Below are positions 19,701-28,378 of a stretch of DNA of 64,000 bases, piece by piece (the stretch's first letter is position 1; the number at the start of each line of letters is the position of its first letter). This stretch comes from Euryarchaeota archaeon UBA23. GTDB taxonomy: Archaea > Thermoplasmatota > Poseidoniia > Poseidoniales > Thalassarchaeaceae. Below the pieces are notes generated by a model, which was not told where the DNA came from, ran no database searches, and saw nothing but the letters and a program-made list of their open reading frames with translations. The DNA lies in NCBI GenBank assembly GCA_002498725.1, contig DAIJ01000016.1, forward strand, positions 6,349 to 70,348, read 5' to 3'. The position numbers and the translations under genes are program-made.

Positions 19701-22378
19701 ATTTTAGATTCTCCTGCTTCTAATGTTAGTGCAGGAATTTGATTATTATTTTCATCGTATAGAGTTAGTTCATTATTTTGATTATTCTCATCCCAATCTG
19801 TAGTTTCCCATCCCATTACAATAGAATTCTCATCAGCGTTCCCAAGATTTTCAACAATTAGCCAAGCTTTTGCCGTATCTCCTATAAGTCCATAACCAGT
19901 ACTTTCAGCAATTCCCGAAGGCCCTCTAATTGATAGGCCACGAGTACGATTTGCTTCTATTGGTAGAGTTGCTGAGACAGTAATGTTGCTATCACTATCT
20001 AGAGTAAGAATTAGCAGTAAGGATCCAGTATCTGACCCCGGCGCATCGGCTGGAGAATTAATTCTTAATTCTGGAATCCAGGTCTCTCCTACTCCAATTT
20101 CAATACCATTTATACCTCCTGCTGTTTGGTCTGTCCATGACCATCCATCTGGTAATTGAGTCGAATCGATTGTTAAACTCCAAGTTCCTGCTAGTCTACC
20201 AGTTGATCTAACAGTGGGGTATGCTATTGAATAAGACCCAGGATCAACCCGTGTTGGTTCCGTAGGGATCTCAAATGTTGCATTGTATGGTTGTACTACG
20301 GAAAGAATAGCCTCTACGCCATCGTTATCGTATCTTGATTGAGTGACATTCTGATAAGGATCAACGATCAACTCGAATTCATGATCTCCAAGACTGCCGC
20401 TCCATTCTACAGAAAACGAATCAAATGCTCCAGACCCAGTAGGTCCTGTCGGTTGCAGTGTATCTGCTCTATATCTCGCTATTTCTTCACCATTTGCATA
20501 CAAAACTGCGTCGACAGGCCTATCTACTTGACTTGTGCCAGCATTTTCAAAGAAAGCCGTAACTGTTACCTCTTCTCCAGGATCAGGTGCGCTTGGATTG
20601 AATTCAATTGCACGACCATCAAGTAGAGGTCTGATATCTGCGATGGCCGTTGAAATTATGGTATCGGCAAGAACGATGTCTAAGGTTGCATCTCCGTCAA
20701 CATCGGCTAAAGCTGGAGACGACCAAGTGCGGTGATCAACTTCTACCTCATTATTCCAATTATCATTTATTGCAACTTGTGTTCCTGTATCTCCATCCCA
20801 AGCCCAAAGTGTTCTTCCATATGCTACCAAAACTTCAGGCATTCCACTACCATCGATATCCATCCAAATCGGTTGCGCTACAGCAATCTCATCATTTGGA
20901 GAGCCACTGGATTGTTCCAAGTCATGGTACCAATCCAGTTGTGGATTGTTTCCTGAAATATCATGACAACCAGCATGTCCGTGTCTTGCTGTAGTCTCTT
21001 GATACCAAGATACCCAGCAGACCCTATCGATGACTCCGTCATCATCTGTGTCTATAGCGAGAGGGGGGGCATCTGTGAATCCATTCACTGCTTCAAATGA
21101 CCAAATTTGACTCCCATCGTCGATTTCTAGTCCTCTGAATTCCGCCCCATCTATAGATGTCGATCCATCTGCATCTGTTGGAATTGTAACAATCATTTCG
21201 GGAGTGGAATCAGTATCTAGATTTGTTATTACTGGGCCGGGTAAACGAATATGTGGAGCATTTGTTTCACCATCTAAATTTGATAAACTAAGTGACCATG
21301 TTTGATCGCCAGAGCTCGAATCCAATTTCCAAACCCACATTGCCCCACTATTTTCATTTATTGTTGTTAATAGAATGTAGGCCGTTTGATCATCAACTTG
21401 GGCGAAGGAGGGGTCGGAAGGATATGTTCCATCTCCCAAGGTTGATTGCCAAATAGGAGTAGGGACACCATTTGCTTCAAGAGGTAAAGCAACAACAACT
21501 GGATTTTCATTATTATCTACTGCTGCCAATACCAATTCTGCATCTCCGTCTAGATCTAAGTCAGCAAGCAATGGTTGAGTAGTTGGTCGATGTCCTCCTA
21601 GACTTGTAGTCCAATCGGTCGCATCATTACTAATTCTAAGATTTTCATCATTCCATGACCATAGTAATTCTCCACTTTTCTCTCCTCCCGGTGCCCAACC
21701 AGTTACAGAACAATAGAGACGAGGCGAATAAGCATCGACATACATTTCACCTCCAGCGTCATAGACAAGAATCAACTCTTGCATACCATCCTCATCAACA
21801 TCCACAATTACAGGAGATGCCTTGATGAGGTCTGTAAGTCCCAAATCAACCTCCCATGCGAGGTCAGCATCTTCTCCTTCAATGATTTTGACTATACTGT
21901 GATCGTTTCCTCCCACATCAGTTTGAACAATTACTGTGAATAACGAATCTCCTCCACATCTCTCAATAGCAGACTCATCAGTTACTATTTGGTTACTGAA
22001 ATCTCCTATTGGTGTTCCAAGCGCATCCGTGCCTTCAGCATAATTTCCGTATACCCAATTTACAACAGGGTCGACTACGGATGCTAGTTCACTAGCATTG
22101 TCTGGTATATCTGTTCCAGCACCTCCATTTGGTCCATGTGCCGGCCCTTCTGAAGTCCTTTCACCAACTCTGCCTGATTGTGGCCAAGGTTGACCTCCAT
22201 CTATCCACGGCTCAACTGTTCCAGTATTGTAGACGGCCTTCTGATCAACTAAATCTGTATCTATCACCATCTCATTTGTAATTGCTATTGGCGAGATACT
22301 CACCATGATCATGATCGCCACACCAAGAAGCGCATTCCGCTTGTAAGAGGTCGGGTAGGACGTACTCGCCATGCTCAT
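16706..22378 (-). CDS. Giant surface glycoprotein (1890 aa) with a signal peptide, FG-GAP/VCBS-like beta-propeller repeats, a C-terminal TM helix and a charged coiled-coil cytoplasmic tail
   Basis: N-terminal hydrophobic signal. Repeated D.D.DG...E/D.hhh motifs (DVDEDGMQELILV, DLDGDGDAELVLA, DVDGDATLDIVLA). Many N-X-S/T sequons. TM helix LSSLMVISLAFVVRWII followed by NNQRERRRL. Confidence 0.85.
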   Translation of the reverse strand: MSMASTSYPTSYKRNALLGVAIMIMVSISPIAITNEMVIDTDLVDQKAVYNTGTVEPWIDGGQPWPQSGRVGERTSEGPAHGPNGGAGTDIPDNASELASVVDPVVNWVYGNYAEGTDALGTPIGDFSNQIVTDESAIERCGGDSLFTVIVQTDVGGNDHSIVKIIEGEDADLAWEVDLGLTDLIKASPVIVDVDEDGMQELILVYDAGGEMYVDAYSPRLYCSVTGWAPGGEKSGELLWSWNDENLRISNDATDWTTSLGGHRPTTQPLLADLDLDGDAELVLAAVDNNENPVVVALPLEANGVPTPIWQSTLGDGTYPSDPSFAQVDDQTAYILLTTINENSGAMWVWKLDSSSGDQTWSLSLSNLDGETNAPHIRLPGPVITNLDTDSTPEMIVTIPTDADGSTSIDGAEFRGLEIDDGSQIWSFEAVNGFTDAPPLAIDTDDDGVIDRVCWVSWYQETTARHGHAGCHDISGNNPQLDWYHDLEQSSGSPNDEIAVAQPIWMDIDGSGMPEVLVAYGRTLWAWDGDTGTQVAINDNWNNEVEVDHRTWSSPALADVDGDATLDIVLADTIISTAIADIRPLLDGRAIEFNPSAPDPGEEVTVTAFFENAGTSQVDRPVDAVLYANGEEIARYRADTLQPTGPTGSGAFDSFSVEWSGSLGDHEFELIVDPYQNVTQSRYDNDGVEAILSVVQPYNATFEIPTEPTRVDPGSYSIAYPTVRSTGRLAGTWSLTIDSTQLPDGWSWTDQTAGGINGIEIGVGETWIPELRINSPADAPGSDTGSLLLILTLDSDSNITVSATLPIEANRTRGLSIRGPSGIAESTGYGLIGDTAKAWLIVENLGNADENSIVMGWETTDWDENNQNNELTLYDENNNQIPALTLEAGESKIITARLGVPSGANLGDEVTTPLSMCVGFGEDETCQNVQLNFVASGVVTESDHQRSMPENTLTWNVKADMPNDSATLEWSLSEAGMDIEDWAWTSSGALSLNSDTLIMTGAPGSRLTGTLTLVLPVDAPPAYHSFIDQSNVGIEHTIRLSVEVLQIYRATLVLISPNEDTNLADVETAIPATVRLYNPGNGDDSYSMSYEVILDSNLSEDPGVEVTFSSEIIQLGAGSLRTLPLQVILPESTPARTPVNISITMNSQGDANVFSTIYLILEARQDHRWEIDTNRNDVLVNEGDTFSVLPGNTFAVEVSAKNVGNLVDDLSINGTGTVFETQGDTSDGWRIIGSSTNNVAVNDTGILTLTIEVPSNSWNGTRFSIYMIGISFDEEVYSLSFTLEVAHVTGWNAIAVDTNLEIDPAGSTVSLSVIQLGNSPSEPFVSVYVTGENGWEITAPESMPTLDPGESAPLELDITPPFTARHGKTVELHVRLREGDGSTDSTITLPLRVAVIHDFTLSSNGAWIVSENGGFPLAELQNNGNAPTTISLEVLSLPIGWNISGITEVVLGVNEIRGVPIDLIPSSDWDGSVKTIRILAQDPEGNQREIAIDTQKEDHSWATSPVIIAMEGDSAMIQLYGTSPSSNVLDDSQGLLEWDIEGAWAWNAIENQVGSQLTVDSLSVLPYSANINQPSSRSAYCSLSGIFGDVNAECSIGNGTETFHYTIMLIDDQGRMIDSKEGIVGINQSLTSVNLSAELWNPDPGLRKLSLRMIDVRGVLMTNNEKSFEIRNSEWNVGLVGIEFEGQGDDQKLKILTKRQNEHLLDYADCNIAIAANPYNSIHSIDMTVVYSPTLKIDRPDNIEDGTELVAEISCEFPWDLDSDPSDDEVRIILSGGSVDNADGFEWITTILSSLMVISLAFVVRWIINNQRERRRLIEMTDSVIKERISKQKKEKIKEIVEHSVINTENTIENNDNSAEEEIDEKLEEEYIEDSKSDDFESRLKRLTGE

Positions 22379-22632
22379 CAGACTTACTCTTGCGCTTCGC
22401 AGCCCACTTGAACGTTCGGGCTATACTCTCATTCAGACCTACGGTCTGAGCATTATTCTCTATTCGCCAACTCAAAAGTACAGTTCTAACGCATCCGTTG
22501 CTCTTATACGAGAGACTTTGGTCGGCGAGTCGCACGGACCTCTCCTCTGGAGGCGAAGCCGATGAGGGACGGGAGGCTAACCACCCTTCCTCTGACTCAC
22601 CTCGGAGTGGTCCGGTAAATGGAGGAAAAGAA

Positions 22633-23181
22633 ATGTATAGCCTTGTTACAATGGAGGATACAATACGTATCCCTGCTGAGTATATTCGTAAGGATCGAAA
22701 GTTGGAAGAACATATTGATGAATTAGCACATGCTGCATTTGAAGGACGTTTTGACGAAGATGAAAACTATACTCTACTGACCTTCAATCATGAAACAGTT
22801 GGTCGTGGAAAAATTATTCATGGCGATGGAGCTATTTATCAAAGAGTTAGGTTCAAGGCATTGCATTTCACAATGGAGGCAAACGAAGTAGTCGATGGTG
22901 CAGTTTCTGAAGTGTCCGAGTATGGAGCGTTCGTACGAATCGGTCCAATAGAAGCTCTTCTTCACAAATCACAGATTCTTGACGAACCTATTCAAGTGAA
23001 TATGGGTATTCGAAGAATTGAAGGATCAAAGACTGGAAAAAATATCGAAGAGGGTTCATTTGTTAGATCAAGAATTGTATCAAAGGCAATCAACCAGAAT
23101 GATCCACGGTCAAGCAAAATCGGTTTGAATTGTAAGATGCCAGGATTAGGTGCTCATGATTGGTTAACTCAGGGTGATTGA
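22633..23181 (+). CDS. rpoE: DNA-directed RNA polymerase subunit E' (Rpb7 homologue)
   Basis: S1-like segment VDGAVSEVSEYGAFVRIGPIEALLH. GGAGGA sits upstream of the ATG at 22633. The ORF-track start at 22498 is an upstream extension. Confidence 0.8.
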   Translation: MYSLVTMEDTIRIPAEYIRKDRKLEEHIDELAHAAFEGRFDEDENYTLLTFNHETVGRGKIIHGDGAIYQRVRFKALHFTMEANEVVDGAVSEVSEYGAFVRIGPIEALLHKSQILDEPIQVNMGIRRIEGSKTGKNIEEGSFVRSRIVSKAINQNDPRSSKIGLNCKMPGLGAHDWLTQGD

Positions 23182-23182
23182 A

Positions 23183-23401
23183 ATGGCAAAAAAATCATTC
23201 GCTTGTGGAGAATGTAACCGTATTGTCCCTGATCCACCAACCAAAAAAGACCCCCCACAATGTCATCATTGCCCATCTGCGCCAGTCACAACTGACTGGT
23301 CAGGATATGTAGTTATTTTACATCCGAATCGTTCTGAAGTGGCTCAGAGACTAAATATCAATAGCCCGGGATCTTATGCATTAAAGGTTAATATCCGTTA
23401 A
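23183..23401 (+). CDS. spt4: Transcription elongation factor Spt4 / RpoE''
   Basis: Zn-ribbon CGECNRI...CHHC followed by TDWSGYVVILHP...PGSYALKV. It starts 2 bp after the rpoE stop, which is the conserved archaeal arrangement. Confidence 0.8.
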   Translation: MAKKSFACGECNRIVPDPPTKKDPPQCHHCPSAPVTTDWSGYVVILHPNRSEVAQRLNINSPGSYALKVNIR

Positions 23402-23414
23402 GGAGGAATTAAAC

Positions 23415-23759
23415 ATGGAAATCATTGAAAGAAAAGAGAATCCATTATTGAAGAGAGTTGAACTAAGGTTCCGTTGGAACCATGATAAGACATCAACTCC
23501 AACTTTGGCCGATATGGTTAATGCTGCAGCTAAAGCAGAACCAGGGTCAAAGAAAGAATTGACCTTTGTTAAGAATGTCAATACACGTTTTGGCCAGCCT
23601 CTGACGACAGGTCTTGCTGTAATTTATCAGGATGAAAATGCTGCTACCGTGGAACCCGAATATGTCCATACTCGACATCAAAAGTTACAATCACCCGCTA
23701 AAGAAAATCCTCCTGCAGAGGAAGTTTCAGAGGAAGTTAATGAGGAAGGTGAGGCATAA
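23415..23759 (+). CDS. rps24e: 30S ribosomal protein S24e
   Basis: MEIIERKENPLLKRVELRF...HDKTSTPT matches the S24e N-terminus. Confidence 0.85.
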   Translation: MEIIERKENPLLKRVELRFRWNHDKTSTPTLADMVNAAAKAEPGSKKELTFVKNVNTRFGQPLTTGLAVIYQDENAATVEPEYVHTRHQKLQSPAKENPPAEEVSEEVNEEGEA

Positions 23760-23932
23760 TGGGTGGTTCTGGAGAAAAATGGAAGAAATCCAAACCATCA
23801 AAATACGATTCTTCCGGTGACACTTTAGTTCGTGGAGAACATTGTCCTAATTGTGGCCCAGGTGTATTTTTAGGAGTACATTCAGATCGCAAAAATTGCG
23901 GCAAATGCGGATATACTAAGCCAATTGAATGA
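23759..23932 (+). CDS. rps27ae: 30S ribosomal protein S27ae
   Basis: 57-aa ORF absent from the ORF track. Its start overlaps the S24e stop (TAATG). It carries a CPNCGPG...CGKCGY zinc ribbon and a Lys-rich N-terminus. Confidence 0.75.
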   Translation: MGGSGEKWKKSKPSKYDSSGDTLVRGEHCPNCGPGVFLGVHSDRKNCGKCGYTKPIE

Positions 23933-23946
23933 TCAAACTATTTTCT

Positions 23947-24942
23947 TTAACTAATTTGATATTTTGATATTTGACCATCGTTACTGAGGACTCTATCGCC
24001 AATGAATGCAACTCCTATATCTGTTCTATTTGCACATTTAACAATATTATTTGCCAATTTCCCATCATGTCTCCATCCCGTCCAGATCCAAGACTTATCG
24101 TCTCTTTTTGCAGCTAATACTGGTCCGGGAGTGGAGTAATGTTGTGGTTCTGAATAAATATTTTCTAGGATTGCAATATTTCCAGTTTTTAGAGAAATAA
24201 AATACTCATTATTTCCTTCAAATACTGCTTGAATTTTTTCAGATAAATTTAGTTTTAAACTTCTAATTAATGACCCATCTTCTGCTTTAACAACTGCAAT
24301 CCAATTATTCTCAAAGAAAATATGTATTTCATTATTATTTTCAAAAATTGAGATTATTTTTTCAGGGCCCTTTGTAGAATTGTAACCAGGCTTATTAGGT
24401 ATTGGAATCCTCCAGATTTCCTCTGATTCTGAATTCATCTTGTAAATCCCACGTCCTAAAATTCCAAACAAAAAATCATTTTCCGAACGAGATAAAGCCA
24501 TTGGTTCTGAATTAAGTGTTTGAGACCATTTACAATTGGTCGGTTCTACAGAATTGGAATATTGGGACTCCTTTCTTAGAATTGAGCGTTTAGGTCCATC
24601 ATTCCATTCATCTGTCAAACAAAGAGATGCCATCTTAGCGATTTGTAATTCATGATCTACCCACGTAGCAATCCAATGACCATTAATTATTACTCCAGAT
24701 GTTATCGAAGTCGGAAATGGCCTTACAATTGGGTAATGTATTTCTCCATCAATTACCCGTAAGACTTCCCCTAAGGTTCCAACTATTACGTTGATAGAAT
24801 CCTCCGAATAAACTCGAATTGGAGTGAAGGGTAGTGGTTCATTCACATCATTCGCTATATTACACGGTGTTTGAACCTGTGGTAGGATGACTTCAAGCGT
24901 ATGTGTGACGTCGAAGTACTGTGGTTGTACTAATACTTGCAT
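23947..24942 (-). CDS. Hypothetical protein (331 aa)
   Basis: Long ORF with no recognised motif. Its annotated start overlaps the divergent dtdA start by 22 bp, so its true start is probably internal. Confidence 0.45.
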   Translation of the reverse strand: MQVLVQPQYFDVTHTLEVILPQVQTPCNIANDVNEPLPFTPIRVYSEDSINVIVGTLGEVLRVIDGEIHYPIVRPFPTSITSGVIINGHWIATWVDHELQIAKMASLCLTDEWNDGPKRSILRKESQYSNSVEPTNCKWSQTLNSEPMALSRSENDFLFGILGRGIYKMNSESEEIWRIPIPNKPGYNSTKGPEKIISIFENNNEIHIFFENNWIAVVKAEDGSLIRSLKLNLSEKIQAVFEGNNEYFISLKTGNIAILENIYSEPQHYSTPGPVLAAKRDDKSWIWTGWRHDGKLANNIVKCANRTDIGVAFIGDRVLSNDGQISKYQIS

Positions 24943-25856
24943 CTAAAGCCGATTCTGCATCTATGAATTTACATAATGCTGTGCTTGGATTAGGAAATTG
25001 GAATGATTCTTCTTCGTTCAATCATGGCGAGGTTTGGATACATCAAGAAAGACCTATTCATATGTTACTGATTGATATTATGCACATATATGCTGACAAA
25101 ATAGACACTACTCATGAGAAACAATTGAATGTAGAAGTAGATGAAGTACTAGTTCTTTCAAGACATTTCTCCAAGAGTGGACTTCCTTCATTGACTCTTC
25201 ATCCGATCGGCTGTCCCGGTGAGTCTCCAGTAGGTGAACCCGGTTTTGCCGGCGGGGAAAAGGGACTGACGGTTCCTCCTTCTCCACGTTTCGCATCACT
25301 TTTCTCCTCATTGTTAGAGTCGGCAAAATCATCAAATTTAGATGAAGAATTCGATATAACTGTTGAAACAACCCATCATGGTCCTATACTTTCTAGACCA
25401 ACTCTTTATTTGGAAATAGGCTCAACTGAAAATGAATGGATACGTGAAGATGCCTCACATCTTTGGGCTGAAGTTATTTCTAATTCACTTGGCATGTCTG
25501 GTTCCAAATCTTATGTTGATTGGCCTGGTTATGGAGATGTTATGATAGGCATTGGAGGCGGACATTATGCTCCTAGACACACATCTGTGATGAAGGATGC
25601 AGATTTTTGGGTAGGGCATTTAATTGCAAATTATGCACTTGAATTTGAATTACAAGAAGAAAATGATTTCCCTTCAGGTCAATGGCGGCACTCTATCCAA
25701 GAAGCAATAAGGACAACACGTATAGCATTCCCGGGGGGCTCAATTTTTTGTCATTTAGATCGTAAATCATTCAAGGGTTGGCAACGTAATGCAATAATTG
25801 ATTTTCTTTCTACATTAGATGTTGAAGTCAGACGCGGAAAGGACATGTTTAGTTGA
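24921..25856 (+). CDS. dtdA: Archaeal-type D-aminoacyl-tRNA deacylase (DtdA)
   Basis: GTG start. ASKADSASMNL, ETTHHGP and IGIGGGHYAP match archaeal DTD2 signatures. Confidence 0.85.
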   Translation: MVVLILASKADSASMNLHNAVLGLGNWNDSSSFNHGEVWIHQERPIHMLLIDIMHIYADKIDTTHEKQLNVEVDEVLVLSRHFSKSGLPSLTLHPIGCPGESPVGEPGFAGGEKGLTVPPSPRFASLFSSLLESAKSSNLDEEFDITVETTHHGPILSRPTLYLEIGSTENEWIREDASHLWAEVISNSLGMSGSKSYVDWPGYGDVMIGIGGGHYAPRHTSVMKDADFWVGHLIANYALEFELQEENDFPSGQWRHSIQEAIRTTRIAFPGGSIFCHLDRKSFKGWQRNAIIDFLSTLDVEVRRGKDMFS

Positions 25857-25893
25857 GAAATTCTGAAAGCATGTCGCCTCCACCATAGCCAGT

Positions 25894-26877
25894 ATGGGGT
25901 TCGTTGGCAGGCTAATCATGTACCTAATGCCAATTATTCCTAAGTTCATCATAAGATGGGTTGCAAAACGCTATGTTGCAGGCCATGATATAGCCGATGC
26001 GATCAAAGTTATGAAGCGATTAAGCTCTGAAAATGCGTGTTTTACAGTAGACGTTCTTGGAGAAGAAATAAGTTCAATTGAGGAGGTTTCATTTTTTGAA
26101 GAAGAATACTCTAATTTGATAGATCAAATAATAAATCACAATTTAGATGCTAATATTTCCCTTAAACCCACTGCTTTTGGGTTACTAATTGATGAATCCG
26201 AAGCATTAAAAAAAATTGAGAAGATAGCACGTAAGGCCGCAAAACATGGAATGTTCGTTAGACTAGATATGGAGGATCATCGTGTCACTCAACAAACTAT
26301 TGATTTGGTATTTTCATTACATCAAAGTGGACTTTATAATGTTGGTACTGTTTTACAAGCTAGGTTATTTAGAACAGAGAAAGATATTGTTAAGATACAA
26401 GAGAAATTAGCAGGTAAATCAGACATAAGAATTTGTAAAGGAATTTACTTAGAATCTAGTGACATAGCACATACTAGTTATCAAGATATAGTGGATGCAA
26501 CCAATTCATCGATTGATTTACTATTGGACTGTAGAGCTTATACTGCGATTGCTAGTCATGACATTCCAGTCATTGAACATTCATTGAAAGCCCTAAGTTC
26601 GCGAGGATTTATTAAAGAAAATTTAGAATTAGATGAAGTAGAACTGGATTCAATTAATTGGGGCAAGGGCAAAGGCCCAGGATATGAATTCCAGATGTTA
26701 TTAGGTGTAAGAGGAGATATTCGAAGGAAACTTTCTTCTCAAGGACATAGAACTAGAATCTATCTTCCTTATGGAAAACATTGGTATGAGTACAGTATGA
26801 GAAGATTGCGTGAGAACCCTGATGTGGCTTGGCATGTTGCTAAGAGTATAGTGATGCCTTGGACTAATCGTCGTTGA
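25894..26877 (+). CDS. Proline dehydrogenase family protein
   Basis: VRLDMEDH and GTVLQARLFR...IRICKGIY fit the PRODH pattern R.DmE / vQAYL...vRLVKGAY. Confidence 0.7.
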   Translation: MGFVGRLIMYLMPIIPKFIIRWVAKRYVAGHDIADAIKVMKRLSSENACFTVDVLGEEISSIEEVSFFEEEYSNLIDQIINHNLDANISLKPTAFGLLIDESEALKKIEKIARKAAKHGMFVRLDMEDHRVTQQTIDLVFSLHQSGLYNVGTVLQARLFRTEKDIVKIQEKLAGKSDIRICKGIYLESSDIAHTSYQDIVDATNSSIDLLLDCRAYTAIASHDIPVIEHSLKALSSRGFIKENLELDEVELDSINWGKGKGPGYEFQMLLGVRGDIRRKLSSQGHRTRIYLPYGKHWYEYSMRRLRENPDVAWHVAKSIVMPWTNRR

Positions 26878-26889
26878 TTACTGATTGAC

Positions 26890-27585
26890 TTAATTTCTGT
26901 AGTCTCTAAAATTAGGTGGATGCAAATATATTCTTCTTATTTCAAAAGCAGATCTTTTTCCACGTAGAGTTCTTCCTTTACCAGTATGTAACGCTCTAAT
27001 TCTCCATTTTACTCCATCTATTTCCATAATTGAGCCACAAGAAAATATTTCATTCTGATCGCATTCAATATTTTTAGAAGTGCTATTTTCTCCATCGGTC
27101 ATAGTAATACGTACAACTACTTTATCACATCTTACTGCCCATAGAGTTCCTATTTTTCCAGCATTGGAGCGTTTCATAGGTCTTCCTTCGTTATCATCAA
27201 TTCTAGTAATTCTGTAAACCTTATCTTGATATTCAAAAACATCATTTACATAAATTTCTTCATCCTCATCAGAATCTATCTTGGCTGATTCGCTAGTTGC
27301 CCCATCTGATAAATTAGCATCAATTATTACTGGTTTTCCTGGCCTAAGATGAATTGTCTGTACGCTATTGCATATGATACATTTTACGAGTAAGTCCTCT
27401 CCCTCTCCTTTTTGTGTCCTACGTAGAATCTGCTGTTCTGTAATTTCCTCGCACTTAGGGCAATCTGTGACATCGATTACCTGCTCCTGCTCTTCTTCCG
27501 TCACGTGTCGGCGTTCGACCTCCCTTTTTTGAAGCCATCCGTACGAGGTATGTTTCAATAGAGTCCTCATTGTAGGACATATCAT
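26890..27585 (-). CDS. Hypothetical zinc-ribbon protein (CPKC...CIIC) with an acidic stretch
   Basis: Four Cys in a C.C.{25}C..C arrangement and no other motif. Its ATG shares a CATG with the divergent gene's ATG. Confidence 0.5.
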   Translation of the reverse strand: MICPTMRTLLKHTSYGWLQKREVERRHVTEEEQEQVIDVTDCPKCEEITEQQILRRTQKGEGEDLLVKCIICNSVQTIHLRPGKPVIIDANLSDGATSESAKIDSDEDEEIYVNDVFEYQDKVYRITRIDDNEGRPMKRSNAGKIGTLWAVRCDKVVVRITMTDGENSTSKNIECDQNEIFSCGSIMEIDGVKWRIRALHTGKGRTLRGKRSAFEIRRIYLHPPNFRDYRN

Positions 27586-28378
27586 GAGTGATTTGGGGGG
27601 TGGGTTTGGTTTACCTCAAATGAATAAGAGAGATATGTTCGAAAAACTCCTCTCTGAAGACGTTAATCGTTCTTCAGTTGAACCTGAAATCGCTTCAGCT
27701 ATTGGTGAGCAGATGTTGCATATGGACTTACGTCAATTACCAAGATCTATTAGAGTAAGAATTAGAGATATTACTGGGAGAATCCCTACTAAAAACACTA
27801 TTATCGTTGGAGGAGGTATAGGACATCTTACTGCATGGTTATTGGATCTCTGGTGCGGCGATTTAAATGATAATTCGAATGAGGTCCGGGAAAAACCTGA
27901 CACACTGAGAATTATAGAAGAGGGCGGCAAATTTGGTGTTATAATTGACAGGCTAATACGACGTTACTCCGCTAATAATTGGGCAGAAGTGATTGTTGGC
28001 TCTTGGTCTGAGGTTTTTGCAGAAACTCAGTCTTGGAATGCAGCAGCGGCAGCACTACCTGATTCAGCGAGAATGGCTCCTTTACCTCAGCCGATTGATC
28101 TGATTATTGTTGATTTACCCGATGAGGAGCGTGTTGAAGCCTCGATAGCGGCATTTGATCTATTATCTGAAGATGGAATATTAATCACTCTTGAACCTGA
28201 AGTCCCTACTGGGGATGTAGGCGCCCCAGAGGTTGGGGACGAAAAAACTCCGGCCCAGAGAAAGGTTGAATCATTCAATCGCTGGATCTCTTTCATTCAC
28301 AATATAGACATGAATCATTCTGCCGCTTTTCTTGAACTAACAGGTGGGACATTAGCAGTTTTCCGTCGTTCTGCCTGA
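27584..28378 (+). CDS. Class I SAM-dependent methyltransferase-like protein (O-methyltransferase family 3-like)
   Basis: IVGGGIGHLTAW is a glycine-rich SAM motif. DLIIVDLPDE is motif II-like. The C-terminal region resembles COG4122 enzymes. Confidence 0.5.
   Translation: MSDLGGGFGLPQMNKRDMFEKLLSEDVNRSSVEPEIASAIGEQMLHMDLRQLPRSIRVRIRDITGRIPTKNTIIVGGGIGHLTAWLLDLWCGDLNDNSNEVREKPDTLRIIEEGGKFGVIIDRLIRRYSANNWAEVIVGSWSEVFAETQSWNAAAAALPDSARMAPLPQPIDLIIVDLPDEERVEASIAAFDLLSEDGILITLEPEVPTGDVGAPEVGDEKTPAQRKVESFNRWISFIHNIDMNHSAAFLELTGGTLAVFRRSA

Noticed and set aside
17898-20994. Plus-strand ORFs inside the minus-strand 1890-aa gene (17898..18398, 18957..19295, 20339..20994)
   Set aside because: They are antisense to a well-supported CDS, Ser/Cys/Leu-rich and low-complexity. 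Typical shadow ORFs.
22272-22565. ORFs 22272..22535 (minus) and 22371..22565 (plus) in the rpoE upstream spacer
   Set aside because: They overlap each other and the giant gene's start. The region is better explained as promoter plus structured RNA.
22556-22600. Possible C/D-box sRNA (CGATGAG ... CTGA)
   Set aside because: The C box has a mismatch (C instead of U) and no C'/D' pair. The spacing is only about 25 nt, which is not a convincing sRNA.
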